Shown here: one piece after another, positions 22,872-36,998 of the stretch
Numbering within the stretch: the first letter of the stretch is position 1
How the letters are laid out: each line of letters starts with the position of its first letter
Assembly: GCA_010093605.1 (NCBI GenBank)
Contig: MU004187.1
Location: 496,001 to 560,000 of the forward strand
Direction of reading: 5' to 3'
From: Lophium mytilinum
Lineage: Eukaryota
DNA: 64,000 bases
The notes under the pieces: generated by a model
Told to the model about the DNA's origin: nothing
Database searches by the model: none
Seen by the model: only the letters and a program-made list of their open reading frames with translations
Made by a program: the position numbers and the translations under genes

Positions 22872-25800
22872 TCAGTAGCTGCTCTTGTATTTCTGAATTT
22901 TGAGTTAGTAATGGTAGGATGTAGTAGACAACTGGAAAACTTACATCCTCGAGCTTGCGCCTGCTATCAGGATCGGCGGCATTGCTGAGCCCGAAAAGAG
23001 CATTACCGACCGCCTTAGTGGTTCCAAGCGCTGGCCGAATGATTACAGTCGGCGCACGCCTCAACACAACCCTAGCCGCACCACTCGCACTTCCGCTTTC
23101 CATGACTTCCGTGGGAATGGCAATGATGGCGTCGCGAGCTGTGATTAGATCACGTTCGAAGTGCCGTGCAGCTCCTCGGAACCCGGCCATGACTCCAAGT
23201 GGTTGGTTCGCGTAATGAGAGACCGCCCTGCGCTCTTCGTCGGGATCTAGATCCTCCCATCCGTTATCGGCGGACGAACCAGCATCTGCGTCTTGCGGGG
23301 AAACCAAGCCTTCGATGCCTTCAAGGGCTGTCTGGGCGCCAACGGCAAGCTTAGCCCCTAGCCGCGCCATGCCGATGGTCGTGTTCTTTCCGAAAGCAAA
23401 CGCGCCCTTCTGAAGACTTCGAACGATACGCCCATCCTTCTTGTACTCCTGGACCGGGATGACAAAGAGGTCCTTGACTCCGCTGCCGACGTTCACGAGT
23501 GACCGGACGCCCGACAAACCAGCAATTATGTTGGGGATCTGATTCTTGATTACATCAGGTGTCCATATTGCGGAGAGGCTGTCGTGCAGCTTATCGAATC
23601 CAGGGATGCCGTAGAGGATAGCATGTCGGAGAACAATGTTAGCCTCGTCAAGGATCACGAAGTTCATAAACTCCGTCGTGTGCCCAGAGCGGAGTCCGGC
23701 GTAGTCGACCTTCTTTGGCTTGTAGTCCAGCTTGATGTGAACAGTGTCAACTTCGACTCGCTGCAAGAACGCGATGTCGCTCTTAGCGCCGCTTGGAGTA
23801 GCAGACTCGTCCTTGAACTCGAAGAACCTTGTGATGAAGTCAAGGGCGTCTTGATCAACGTGTAAACGTAGAGGTAAGACAGTGACCTGAGCAGTGTTAG
23901 TCGGAGTTGTACAGAGATTTTGAATAAAGACTTACTCTCAGGACGATCTCTGAAGCCGCGAGATCCTGAACAGGCTTCACAGTGAGAAGCTCCAGGTTGA
24001 TCATCGGTCTGTCCATTTCGCGTTTGCTAGGCTCAATCGAACAGGTGGCAAATTTCCTCCACGTAGAGCTGGGGACGTGGTCAAATATCTCGAAGTCCCG
24101 AACGCGAACATTGACCGAGCTCTGCGTTTCATCCGAATTAGGAGGATAAACCACGAGGTCGACATCGATCCCTCGTAATTCGAAGGTGATTTTCTTATGC
24201 CTACTGCGTTCGAGCTTGAGTTTCCGTCGTTTGGTCCGAGGACCAGTTCGCTGCCGGGCTGTAGCTTGGGAAGCTGTCGTAGTAGCATAGCTCCCGGTTT
24301 CGCTAACTAGGTCGTCGACATCATGGTTGATCTTCTTGTACAACGCTCCCTTTTCTTCGTTCACCGGGATACTGATCCAAACTGAATTGAAGAGGTAGTC
24401 TTCCTCAACCGTAATATTTGGAGTGTCCTCTTCTAAGCGAGCGGCCCGTCGTTGGCGTCGTTCCTCAGCTCGCTGTTCGATGTCCTCAACGGCATGTGTA
24501 ACAGTGTCTCTCGTCTTCGGCCAGTCATAGCCGTCGAAAAGGTTCCAGATGAACTGCCCATCACGTACTCGCACCTTGAGAGGGCTACCTGACGCCTTGA
24601 ACTCATTCGAGAGTTTGTACTGGTTCTTGGTGGAGTCCCATTTACGAGCGGTGCCTTTGTACTCGGAATTTGAGCCAAAATAGTTGTCGTCAAAGTCGAA
24701 ATCTTGCTCTCCCTGTGCGACTTCGTATTGTTCCTGAAAGCTCTCCAGGAGAACGCCAGATCCACGCTGCCGAACAGGCGGCGGTGTCGCCAAAGAGTGA
24801 AGATCGTCGGCTTCAAGCATACTGTCTCCAACATCCTCCCCAGAGGGTATAGAATCAGGGTTGTAGAAGCTCCCAACGTACTCCAGATTGGTTGGCACCT
24901 CATCGTCGACGTGATCTGCATCATCCATCGAGAAGCCTTCCCCAGCGTCTTCGGCAGAAATATTTGCAAAGGCGTCTCCCGTGAACGAGTCCATCATGGT
25001 TTGGAAGGGCACTACCGTTCGATACCGCTCGGCGGTGCTAGGAGGCATTGGTGGGCTTAGTCCGTTCAAAATCTCAATGAGAGTTTGGGTAGAATCTGCA
25101 CACGTCTCCATGACAATCAGATCGTGCTTGAACTCCACATCAATCAGTTGCTGGCCGTCTCCAAGACCAGAGACGTTCACCAATGCCTTTGCTGCGGATA
25201 TGGTACTAAGCAGGACGAACCCACTCTGTTCCAGGTCAGTGATCTGTCGGCTCCGAAGGTGGCTGTGAGGAACCGGTTGAGGAGGTTCAGTCCTGTGTTC
25301 AAGGCGATCGATATCATCAATGATAAGGATCGAAGCTTTCCTGAGCTCCAGACTAGCAGACAACTTTTCGTTTTTCGGCAACTGCCCACTAAGACGTGTA
25401 TCAGTCAGAACGAAGAGCCCCTTGGAAGAAATTTTGCGAGGGTTAAGCCCGAGAGCACAGTCCCGGACCAGAACCTCGATATGTAGGAGCTTCACAGAGC
25501 CGGAAGATTCTGTTGATGCAGAAGACTGTCGACTAAGAGTCTTTGGCGAGGCGTTGCCTGTGATTGTGGCTACAGATGAGGCAATTCCTGCCACCACATC
25601 TTCGATCGTGCCGTCCTCAGACAGACCAAGAGCGGCCATGATGGTCGAAACCCGATACTCGAGGCATAAATTGAAAATTTTGACACGGAGTGTAGGTTCC
25701 ATCTCGTCGCCAATGATCCGCGCCATGATCATAGGTAGCTCGTCGAGGGGTCTGAGCGGAGCAACCTCGTCGATCAAGGTTTCCTTCCCGCGAGTGAGGG

Positions 25801-28800
25801 CAATCTTTCCGATTTCCACAGCGAATAGCGGAGGAAGCCCTACGTGTGCAAACTGAGTCGAGTAGCACTTCAGGTCGACAAAACCAATCCTTTCGTTGAC
25901 CATGACGCTTCCTTCCAGTTGCTTGATTGCGCACAAGGTAAGAATACCAGGTCGATCATCCTCGGGGAGGTACTTGGTGACCGTGGAAAGCCGGGCCAAT
26001 TCAATACCAAGATCTTGGAAAGTTTCAAGACATCCCAAATCAGACATGCGGACGCCTAAGCCTGCGACGTTGACCCGAATGACAGACCCTTTCCGACGTT
26101 GTCGAAGCAGTGTGTCGATTAGGATATCGCTATCGTTTTCATACTTGTCTTTTGATGGCGTGATGATCGAAAGCAGTCGGGTCAAATCCACTTCCTCCGG
26201 GGAGAAGAGGAATGTGATGTTTAGGTCCTTGATCTCGGCTATGAAGGGAGGCTCATCTCGGATGACTTCCAGGAAAGGGCCGGTGAGCTGGATGTCGGAG
26301 ATCGCTACCCTCACATTGCTTCCTCTTACAACCATCTTGATGGAACTTGTCTGGACATGAACAGCACAAGTCTTTCCCTTGAGCTGGAAGAAAACGTCGC
26401 CAAGCTTGATACTAACTTTGAGAGTCGAAGTAGAGTCAGGAATGACTGCGGGCGGCGGCGCATCTCCGAAATGTACACCGCGAGGCCGTCGAGTTTGAGG
26501 CGGGGATGGTGATCGTGGCATTGTTTGGACGGAGGTCATCGAGTTTCCAAGTTCAAGAACACCGCTAAAGCCTCCGAACGAACCCAAAGCGTCATCCAGC
26601 TTTTGAAGGTCAAAGAGAACCTTTATGGGTCGCGTGGCCATGTGGAGTCGGCGATCTGAAGACTCGCGCAGCTCGACTTGAACGTCGTGGTCCAAACGAT
26701 CCCCAGCATGAGCGGACCGCCTCGATCTTGACCCGACATCGAAACTTATAATCGGTTGATTTAACGATCCCAACAAGAACTTTCCAACATTGAGTTTCGT
26801 GACTGATTCCTTGCCTTTAGTTCGACCAGTAATCTGCAGCGCCTTCAAGTCGAGCCACAGAATTGCATCATTGGTGTTGCTGTCAAGCTTGAAAGCAGGT
26901 TGGCTATGGCTAGCCCCAGTGACAGATTCAGTAATCAGGCGCTCCAACCACGCAAACGACACTTGCTCAATCGAGACCTTGATTAAGCTTTCCGGGTTTG
27001 ATCGTGGCTGATCTTGAGATGTCTGTTTCGGCTTACTTTCTGCACTCTGAGGCCCCAAAATGGCCAAAACGCGCTGAGCAATCTGGAACATCATACGACC
27101 CGCGGAAATGTCCACTTGTGCACAGATCGTCCCGACCTCGACCTCTACTCCGGTGTCTCGCTTTCGTGGAAGAGCGGGTATGGGTGCGGGAGCAGTCCTA
27201 TCATTTTTCGAGGGCCTCGAAGAGATAGGAGGGCGTCGACCTTCTGTGGTTTCTGACGAGCTCTTGCGCCGCCTGGATGCAGTTGACTCTGCATAAAATG
27301 AGAAGGATCCAGGCATATCGCGAAAAATAGACTCGTCGCCGAATTCCGTTGTTGCTTGCATACGATCGAGTGGATCTTCTATTATGACGCTCTCGCTCAT
27401 TCTAGGACTCTCGGCACCGGACAAATCAAGAGGAAACCAAACATTGACTTTGTCGATACTTAAAAGGGGTTTAGCAACTTTGATAGGGCCAGAGAAGGAG
27501 GAGTTAGTAATTCCCGTAGCGGGATTTCTAGGCATGTTTCCTACGCTATCCGTGGCACCTAATATTGGTGCGGGGGCGATAGCAGCAGAAATAACACTGG
27601 CCCTGCTTCCAGGGCGCGGAGTTTCACATCCGTCATCTCCATCTGTAGTAGCCGGGAAGGTAGTTGAGGCGCTCATTTCTGGAGGATTCGATTTGGGCTC
27701 TTCAGGGACAGTGCCCTCGCTTGATGTGGAAGAAGAGTCCCATCCACCCGGAATGTTCAAGTACCGGCTTGCTTGGGTGGGTGCGGCGCTCATCGCACTT
27801 AAGTACATACTTTGAGCTTCCTCATGACTGAACACTTTGGATGCCGCTAAATCCTCTGTAGCGGCCGAAGACCCAGAGCTACTGCTAGAGTCTCTCCGCG
27901 GCACTTCTTGTGGGACATCGAGAACAGCATGTTTTGCTGTATCCAGATTGTCGGTAGAAGAGAACACTTTAGACGAGGGATTTGGCTCGGAGCTAGAGCC
28001 TGGGCGTAGTTCCAGCTGAGAGTCTTGGGATGAAAGTGCTCGAGGACTAGGAGCTGTTGCCGAAAGGTGATGCAGCGCCTCTCTTTCGGGAACGGAGGCT
28101 TTCATGTCATGGCTGGAAGCGTTCCCATCGAAAGCCCAGGAAAGTCGTCGCTGCGGCGATTGAGAAGGACCGGCGTCAGCGTCTCCATACTGAGAGTTTA
28201 GAAATCCGTTGTCGGCGACAAAGTCTATTAGTCCATCATCGTTGAACAAGCTACTTTCGCCCCCAAAGTCATACCGCGAGTTTTGAACGGATTGTTGAGA
28301 TTGGGCGAGGATTTCTGACTGTTCCAGTCCAGCAATGTAACTTCGCCTTCCTTCATAGTCATCATCAATAGCCGCATCCGCAAATCTGTCCTCATCGGTT
28401 GAAAAGATAGAAGCCTCCATAGGTCTTGCTTCTTGGCTAGATTTAGTCGAGTGGATAGACTGTGTCAAAATTTGGCTACCGCTAGCACTAGGAAGGCGAT
28501 CGTCTTCTGCAAGTCTTGAGGATTGGGCACTGACAGAAGACGAGCTGTTGCTCCTTTGACCTATCGAAATGTCGGAACGTGTGTCCACCGGCGAAGAAGA
28601 CCTTGATACTTTTGAAAGAGACGCGAAGCTTTCCGGGTCTGATATAAGGCGGGCACAAATGTTCTCTATTCGCATTCGTCGTTTTCCGTCCCGGGTCTCC
28701 AGAATCGGAGGCTGGGATGTAGACTGAACTGGAGTAGCCTTTACTTCTGCATTGCCGGATGCCAGTCCGTCAATCGAGACTTGTTCGACGTGGAGGTTGA

Positions 28801-29651
28801 CTGCAACGGAGGATAGTTCGTCGTCGTTGGGTTCGCTGCCTAGTTCTGGTGGTAAATCTCCATCGATCTGGATATCAATGTTCTTTGCAGTGATCTCCAG
28901 TCTATCCAATGCTCCGACAATGTAGTTCTTGAGCATGACTGGCAAAGCTATACCAGTGCCCATTCCAACTTCGCTCTCATCATCTCCGTCTTCGCTAGAC
29001 GTCGCAGACTCTTGTAAATATTCGGACTGGGTGTTCAGCGCTTCTTCCAGCTCTTTGATTTCCTCGGCAGGTTCCTCTCTTAGGAAGGACTTTGCCATCT
29101 CTTCCGCCGTGGGAATGTACTCGTCCTCATCGTCGGATGAAAAAGTGCCTGTGGAGTCAGCCAAGGACTTCCGTCGTTGGAATCCATCCTGTGGCGGACC
29201 CTGAGCGCTTTTACCAGGTGCTGATCTTGGTCCAGGTGTCGTCCCAGCCTTAGCTATGCCAGAAGTTTCCGGTACATCTGGAGCCAATCTAGCTTGTACT
29301 TGGACTCCTTCTATCTCGATCAGTATGCGAGGACTGCCAGCTTCCCAGGCCAGTGTGACTCGAAGGTGGGATACGCGGGCTTTCGAAAGATGCAGTTCTG
29401 GGGGGAGATTTAAGTTGAGAAGCGTTATCAGTTTCTATAGATTCAAGTTAGCCTAGGGATCATGAAAGTGGATATGTACGGGTACCGACCTTGACACGCA
29501 GTCCCACGTCGCGAACCTCCAGGGTTGTCCGTTTGCCCACGGCGACGTTGACAAAGTCCGAGGGATCCTTGTCGAGTATGTCTGCATGGCGGAGAGCGTA
29601 GAGGAGTATCTTCTTCCCGATGGACGAAGAAATGTTGGTGAAAAAAGCCAT
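22872..29651 (-). CDS. ATG2: Autophagy-related lipid transfer protein Atg2
   Basis: About 2,200 aa; [53 protein letters not shown]. Introns 29435-29489, 23887-23935 and about 22893-22944. Confidence 0.96.
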
Positions 29652-30262
29652 GGCCGCGGCGAAGGTGTGAGTGCCGGCCTTGCTCTGGACTACCGGAGCA
29701 TGAGGGTCAGATCCATAAGAGACGCTCGCCTGCAGCAGCGGAGGGATGTCTGGGGCCAGGTGAAGATGGAGAAAGTGGGCGAGAGAAGGATAACGAGATA
29801 ATGATTAATAGATCAGGAAGTATGGTAGCGAGGTGGTCTGGCACACGGTTGTGGTCTATATGCAGACACGGAACAAAGGCGAAGCTGAGATGGTTGGAGG
29901 GAGCGGTAGAGAGGTGGGATGTGGCATGCAGCCACTCGTGGACGCGGGGGTCACAGGGGAAGATGGCACGCTCGAGGAGGGTTTGCTGGGGAGCAGTGAA
30001 TTGCCAGCGAACGTGATATGATGATGCCTCGTGCTACCTACGGTCGGCATCCCGGTGCCCGAGCGCCTTGCAGCGGCAAGCCCCCGCCAGACCTGCCCCT
30101 CAGGCCCCTCGCCAAGCACCAAGCACGCCCTACACGTCTCAGAACCACCAACCCATAATAGAAGGTGAACTAGTAAGCCTAGAGAGTTGCCTGATCGTCT
30201 TTTCTTTTCTTCACTCTTTCACTCATATTTCGAATTACTACTTTGTAATATCAACCCCCCAA

Positions 30263-32157
30263 ATGGCGCCGCCGACTCCAGCCAGCGACGACGCAGCGTG
30301 GGAGAAGGAGGAAGGCATCCCGAGTCTGACAGATCCATTCATTCAAAAGTACCTCGAGGGACGCGATGCCCTCGTGGCACAGGAGAAGAAACAGAGAAGT
30401 GGTTGGTGAATATATAAGTACTATTGTGAAGATATAAGTCTAACAACTTCCAGACCGCGTGTTTCGCGAGAATCTTTCTCCAATGAGCACTGAAGCATGT
30501 GCTATCGTTGATCAGATCCGGTTCGAAGAACAGCAGACCCTGTGGACTCGAGAGTACGAAGACAGCTTGTCCCAGGATGGAGATGTGTTCCCGGGCATGA
30601 TGTTCACCCTTGCCAAGGACCGGATGGAAAAGAGCAAGCTGTGGAAGATAATTCGAAAGATGCCTAAAGGCACTCTCCTTCATTGTCATCTCGAAGCCAT
30701 GGTGGATTTGGACTGGGTGCTGGAGGAAGCCTTCGCGACTGAAGGTGTATGTATCACGAGCTCCGGACATCTGTCCACCGAAGCTGCACGACTGAAGACC
30801 CCTTTCTCGTTCACATATGCAAAGACCACAACCGCTGAAGGTCCTTCTATCTGGACCGACTCATATACCACCAATTCAGTGATTCCGATTGCTGCAGCTG
30901 CCGACAGTTTTCCGGAAACAGGACGTAAAGGCTTCTTAGAGTTTGTCAAGTCACGCTGCCGTATCACCCCACAAGAGAGTCTCAAGCACCACGAAGGAGT
31001 AAATGAGATCTGGCGGAAGTTCATATCCTGTTTCCCGATTCTCGGCAGCTTGATCTACTATGAGCCAATCTTCCGGAAGTTCATCAGAGGGATGTGCAAA
31101 CAGCTTGTAGACGACGGAGTCTACTATGTCGACATGCGAGCAGCCTTCTATACTCCATACAGGAGTCTGGGGAGCGAAGAATGGGACCCCGATTACTTCA
31201 ACTACCTCGATCACATGGACGATGAGATCGAGAAGTTCAAGGCATCGGAAGAAGGGAAAGACTTCTGGGGCGCGCGCATGATATGGACCACGGTGCGGCA
31301 ATTCGACAACCGTGGCATTGTTGAAGGTAAATCGTCCTTTCCTTTTTCATCTCCACTTTCTTTCCATCTGTTCCCCTATCACACATCTCGCTACCAAATA
31401 TCCCACTCCCACAAACCACCAACTAATCCACCCAGGAATGAAACAATGCCTCGAAATGAAAGCCACCTTCCCGCACCTAATCTGCGGCTACGACCTCGTC
31501 GGCCAAGAAGACCTCGGCCGCTCCCTCTCCTCCCTCTCCCCCCTCCTCTTCTGGTTCCAAAAGCGCTGTGTTGAAGAAGGCCTCAGCATCCCCTTCTTCT
31601 TCCACGCCGGCGAAACCCTCGGCGACGGCGACAGCGTCGACGAAAACCTCTTTGATGCCGTCGCGCTCGGCACACGTCGCATCGGCCACGGCTTCTCCCT
31701 CTACAAGCACCCCTTACTCATCGACATGGTCAAGGAGAAGAAAATCCTTGTCGAGAGCTGCCCAGTAAGTAACGAGGTGCTGAGATTGACGGGCAGTATT
31801 CTTTCCCACCCGCTCCCGGCGCTGTTGGCGAGGGGCGTCCCGGTGGCGTTGTGTAATGATGATCCGACCATTTTAGGGCAAGGGGCGATGGGTATGAGCC
31901 ACGATTTCTGGCAGGCGCTGCAGGGGTGGGAGAATCTGGGGTTGGCGGGGCTGGGAAGTCTTGCGGAGAATAGTGTGAGGTGGGCGAGCTACGAGGATCT
32001 AAGTATCAAGGAGTGGCAAGCTGAGATCAAGGACGGCATGTTAGGAAAAGGAGAGAGGGCAGCGCGGTTGAAGGAATGGACGAGGAGGTGGGAGAGGTTC
32101 TGCGCATGGGTTGTGGAGGAGTATGGGCCGGACGTGGATCTGGAGCCTGAGGAGTGA
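30263..32157 (+). CDS. Adenosine deaminase-related growth factor (ADA2/CECR1-like) protein
   Basis: KMPKGTLLHCH, GYDLVGQED, FFFHAGET, RRIGHG, ESCPVSNEVLRL, CNDDP. Introns at about 30402-30453 and 31327-31435. Confidence 0.93.
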
Positions 32158-32451
32158 GGTGGTGGTCTAACGAAGGAAGGTCTCTTCATCGAGATCAAGC
32201 TTCGTGCATTAAGTTCGAATTAGTTCTTGTTCAACACTTGTAGACTATATCCAAGGTTAGATGGCGTGGATTTTTGTCGGAGCGAATATAAAGGAGCTGT
32301 TCAATGCATTAGTTACACGATTGCACGTGACTTTTGTGCCGCACATTTGTAATAACTAAACAAGCTTCTTACAAGAAAACGCCTAACGAGTACACGTAAC
32401 ACAATCTGGGATAATCAAGTCCTGAAAACAAAGACCAACTCTTACAACGCC

Positions 32452-34442
32452 CTAAATCCGTCCCCTATCCAAGAACTTCTTCGGCATATCAATCGTCTTC
32501 GCCCTCATATACTCCCCCGCATTCTTCCCCAACGTATCATAATTCGAGCAAGCATTATAACCCCTATCCAGATGATCATGCAGCAAGAAATGCACCGAGT
32601 TGATATTCGGCAACTCAAACCGATCAATCGGCTTGCCCTTGTACTCCTGCGGCCCCAGCAGCTCCTTGATGCGGTCGATGGTCAGGAAGCTCCGCAGCCA
32701 GTCCCACTCGTCGTCATGCCGCACGAAAAAGCCAACGTTGCAGTCCGAAGCCTTGTCGCCAGAGCGTCCGGCGACGATGTAGCCCATGGGCGCGCGCACG
32801 GTCTCGCCGAAGGAGTCGAGGGAGACGGGGTTCGAGGTCTCGTAGGAGGCTTGTTGGCGCGGGTACTCTTTCGTGATTTTGGGGGAACCGAGGTTCCTGA
32901 CTGTCTTCTCGCCGAAGAGGTTGTGCACGTTGAGGTTGATTTCTGATTGGGGCATTAAGGCGACCCAGTATTCGTAGTAGGGCTTCGGCACGATTTGGCG
33001 TAGATCGTTGCTGAGTGAGAGACCAGGCGCGCTCTGCAGGAAGACTTCGAGACACCATCGGTTGAAGGCGTTGGGGATGTCTGGGCGGAGAAGTTCGGGG
33101 TCGTTGCTTTGGGCGAAGATGCGGAAATCGACGGTGGTGACGTCTTGATTGCGGCCGTCGATGACGGAGGAGCCGTTTTGGTGGAAGTTGAGGCAGGTGA
33201 AGCGCTTGACGTTGTCGCCCATGGCGTAGCGGATTTGGTCTTCGGTGATTTGGCACTTTTCTTCGATGTCGAGGCCGCAGATGAACATGTGCCACTCGCA
33301 TTGCCACCCGGCGGGAGCGGTGATGCCGATCTTTGTGGTGGGGGGTGGTGGAAGCCCTGTTATTGTGTCAACTTGAGAAGGGCAAGGGAGACATGTTTGG
33401 ACGAACCCTTTATGCCTGTCACGCGTACATGATCCTCTCCTATTTGCTCCATCTTGATGCCGCTGATATCAGCTACTACGTCGCAGTTGTAGTACAAAGG
33501 ACCCTGGATCTCATAGAGGAGTTGCGAAGTCGCCGACGCCACAGTCATGCACCCTCCAGTGTCTTTCTCCTTCGCGAGGTTGAAGTCTCCGTTAGACTCA
33601 ATCTCCGCAATGGGGAATCCCATATTGACGTGCTTTTTAGCCTTGATGAGGTCCTTGAACATGGAATAGTAACCGCCCGTAACGTAGGCTGAACATTCGA
33701 TCAAGTGACCCGCAATAAGACTAGCTGCGAGCTCATCAAACTGATCCACATTCCAGTCGTGCCACCATCTGAAAATAGTGTTAGTTCTTTATCGTTTGAA
33801 GCAAGAGGAACGCACTTACGCAGCAGCACCAATGACAGGAGCAGCATCAGCAACTCGACCACAGATGACGATATCAGCACCATCCCGGAAAGCTTCAGCA
33901 ATGCAGAGACCACCAAGGTAAGCTTGCGCGCAGACAGGCTCCATTCCCCACTCCTCAAGCTTCTTGCCGTGCATCAAGCTCTCGAACTTCTCCCCTTTGG
34001 CAATAAGTTTGTTCACTTGGGGAGTAACCTCATCACCCTCGATCCACGAGACCTTCAGGTGACCGGCGTTTTGGTCGTTCAGCATCTTAACGCAGACCTC
34101 TGCAAGAAGCTCGGTATCACTGGCGCCAGCATTGACAGCTAGCTTGGTTCCGTTCTTGACAAGGTTTGGAATGGCCGGTTCGAAGCATTGTAGGAAGGTA
34201 TCCGCGTACATGGCACCTTTCATGCGCTCCTCGAGGGGCAATTTTTGGGACTCGCCCTTTGCCAGGTTCTTCTGCTTTCCAGATCCATGTAGGGTCATGG
34301 TCATCTCCGATAGCCAGTCTCCGATGACAACGTCGACATCTGGGTCGCCAGCCATCCGCGTGATAGCCAAAGCTCGATCAGTGAAGCCACCGGAGCACCC
34401 GGCAATGCGCACCGCGCGCTTCGTGTCTCTTGAGGGTGACAT
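32452..34442 (-). CDS. AtuA/DUF1446 (acyclic terpene utilisation family) protein
   Basis: VRIAGCSGGFTDR, GDWLSEMTM, GADIVICGRVADA, AGHLIECSAYVTGG, QLLYEIQGP, GRSGDKASDCNVGFFVR. Two introns; frame intact. Confidence 0.92.
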
Positions 34443-35212
34443 ATTATTTAATGTTGAAATCGATTTCGAGATACAATGGCAATAGAAAAAGAAGAGACGG
34501 AAATTTTACCACAGTGGGAGCTACGTATTGGATATATAAAGCAGCCTTTCTTGGGCCCCGCCTAAAGCGTGAACAGGCACAGCAGAGCTAGCAGTCATTG
34601 ATGTAGCCATCCGAGCAATAAGCGTCCGTTACGCTGAGAAACGCGTCCTGAGAACAGACAGGAAAAGAGCGATGCGAGGACGGAAAATGTTTATCGAATG
34701 GAAAGCCTAGAGTGGGACGACTACTGCGGATAACCCTACCCCGCACCATGGTTGAGGGGGCGTCACAGGAACGCCGTGGTGGGGCAATTTTGTCCTGAGA
34801 CCAATTTTCAGGGGTCATTGTGATAAAGCATGTACTTTTGGAGAAGGTTTCTCAGCCCTTGGATGCGGGTTGTGCGTATCCCAGGACTCTTGGATAGATG
34901 GTGGTTGTAAAGGGGAGATATTGAGCCGAGAGAACGCTGTGACCTCGCGGAATCGCGACCCGACGGGTCTTTGAAGACGGACACTCCTGCCTGTACCTCG
35001 TGGAGATCCACCACCATTGCAAGCATCCCGGGCTGTATCCGCAGACGCTAATCGGATCCAAAGGAAATGCATTTGCGCGTTGTATTCAGCCGCAAAATCG
35101 ACCACGCGTGTCATCATGTCTTCCAGCAACGCGTGTCAACGGAAGGCAAAAGCAGTGGGCGAGACACGAAATTACTAACAAGATCAGCTTATCCGTGAGG
35201 TCACAAGAAGCA

Positions 35213-36516
35213 ATGGCTGAATCGCGAAAGAACAGAGTCGTGTTGGGTTGTAAGTGCCAAAGGCTTTCTCTCGAACTCCTTCACATCGCTAATTGGGCCA
35301 GTGATGACATTTGGCCCAGTAAGGATATACATCTTCAAGTGAATGCTATGATGGCCAACCATTCGAATGTAGAACAAAGCATGGGGTGCAAAAACAACTT
35401 CCCTCGACGAATACGGACGTTTTCTAGACTACTTTCAGTCGATGGGATACGATGAGGTGGACACAGCCCGCATGTATCAACATGGTGAACAGGAAGGCTT
35501 CACTGCGCAGGTTGGCTGGAAGAAGCGTAACCTGAAGCTAGCCACAAAGGTAAGAGAACACTTGGGTTATGGTTCTGTGACTGTACTAACGTACAAGTGA
35601 ATAGCTTTACCCAGTCAAAGGTGGAATGCATAGCCCTAAGAACCTACGTGAAGCTGTTGAGACGTCACTTCGAGAGCTCCAGACAGACAGTGTAGATACC
35701 TTCTATCTTCACGCAGCCGACCGTAGCACGCCTTTCGCCGAGTCGTTGAAGGAAGTTAATGAGTTGTACAACGAAGGAAAGTTCCGCCAATTCGGCATCA
35801 GCAATTTCACCTCATTTGAGGTAGCGGAAGTCGTTATGACGTGTCATGCCAATGGCTGGGTACGACCAACAGTTTTTCAAGCCATGTATAACGCGTTCAG
35901 TACGTGCATGTCCCCACGTCGCCTAGCCTATACTGACTTCACCAGCGAGAGGAATGGAGGCTGAACTTGTCCCTGCCCTTAGGCGATACGGAATTGACAT
36001 CTTGGTCTACAATGGCCTAGCGGGGGGTTTGTTTACTGGAAAATACAACGCAAAAAACACTGAAGCATCGGGAGAATTGACTCATGTCGATAAGACCTAT
36101 CGAGCCCGTTACTTACGCGATGCACCCCTTGAAGCACTTAGTCTTGTTGAGCCGATTGTTCAAAAACACGGCTTGACTTTAGTTGAGACTGCTATCCGCT
36201 GGCTCATACATCACAGCGCCCTCAACATGCGCTCGAAAGGTGGCAATGAGTAAGTCACCTAAAGATCCCCGTCATCATATCTAAATCACTGACTTACTTA
36301 CGAAGTGGCATTCTTACTGGAGCTAGTAGCCTCGAGCAATTCAAGACTACTTTGCCGCAGTTTGATAAAGGGCCGCTTCCCCAGGAGGTGGTAAAAGCTC
36401 TAGATGATGGATGGAAAATATCGAAGGCACAGGCGGCCGATTATTGGCACCTTGACCTAGCATACACCTACGATACAACCAAGGTGCTTTTTGGGTACTC
36501 TATAGATGACCACTAA
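35213..36516 (+). CDS. Aldo-keto reductase, aflatoxin B1 aldehyde reductase (AKR7)-like
   Basis: RVVLGLMTFGP, EVDTARMY, LATK, FYLHAADRSTPF, GWVRPTVFQAMYN. Five introns; catalytic D/Y/K/H residues present. Confidence 0.9.
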
Positions 36517-36998
36517 GGTTCAATGCGGCACAACAGACTTGAAACTGCCTCGTCCACGGTGATGCCTCATTAAATCCGAGTAAACATCTGAATGAGTGAA
36601 CCAGCTTGAGGTCGGCCGACGCACTGACCTTCACCCGTCCCTGCTTATGAGCTAATGCAGCTTGAAGCTTCACTGCGGGGTCATCTGCCCCACACAGTAA
36701 TGTCAATTTCTGTCCGTGGGTCCTAGGTGATGGCCGGATCGTTACGCGCTCACACGCGACAGCCGAGATAGAATAACCGGACTTGGTGAACACAATTGCT
36801 TTCCAATATACAACTGGCTTCTACGTGCACATGACACTATAGGATAAATAACCACAAAGACGCCCAGTCGTACGATTGTTCTCTCGAAACATCTCGGTAC
36901 TGGCTTCGAAGAGTAGCCCCCTCGTTCCTACATAATGTAAATAGTTCATGAGACACAAAAATCCCTAACTTTCTGTCAACATTCATCAGCATTCTGAT

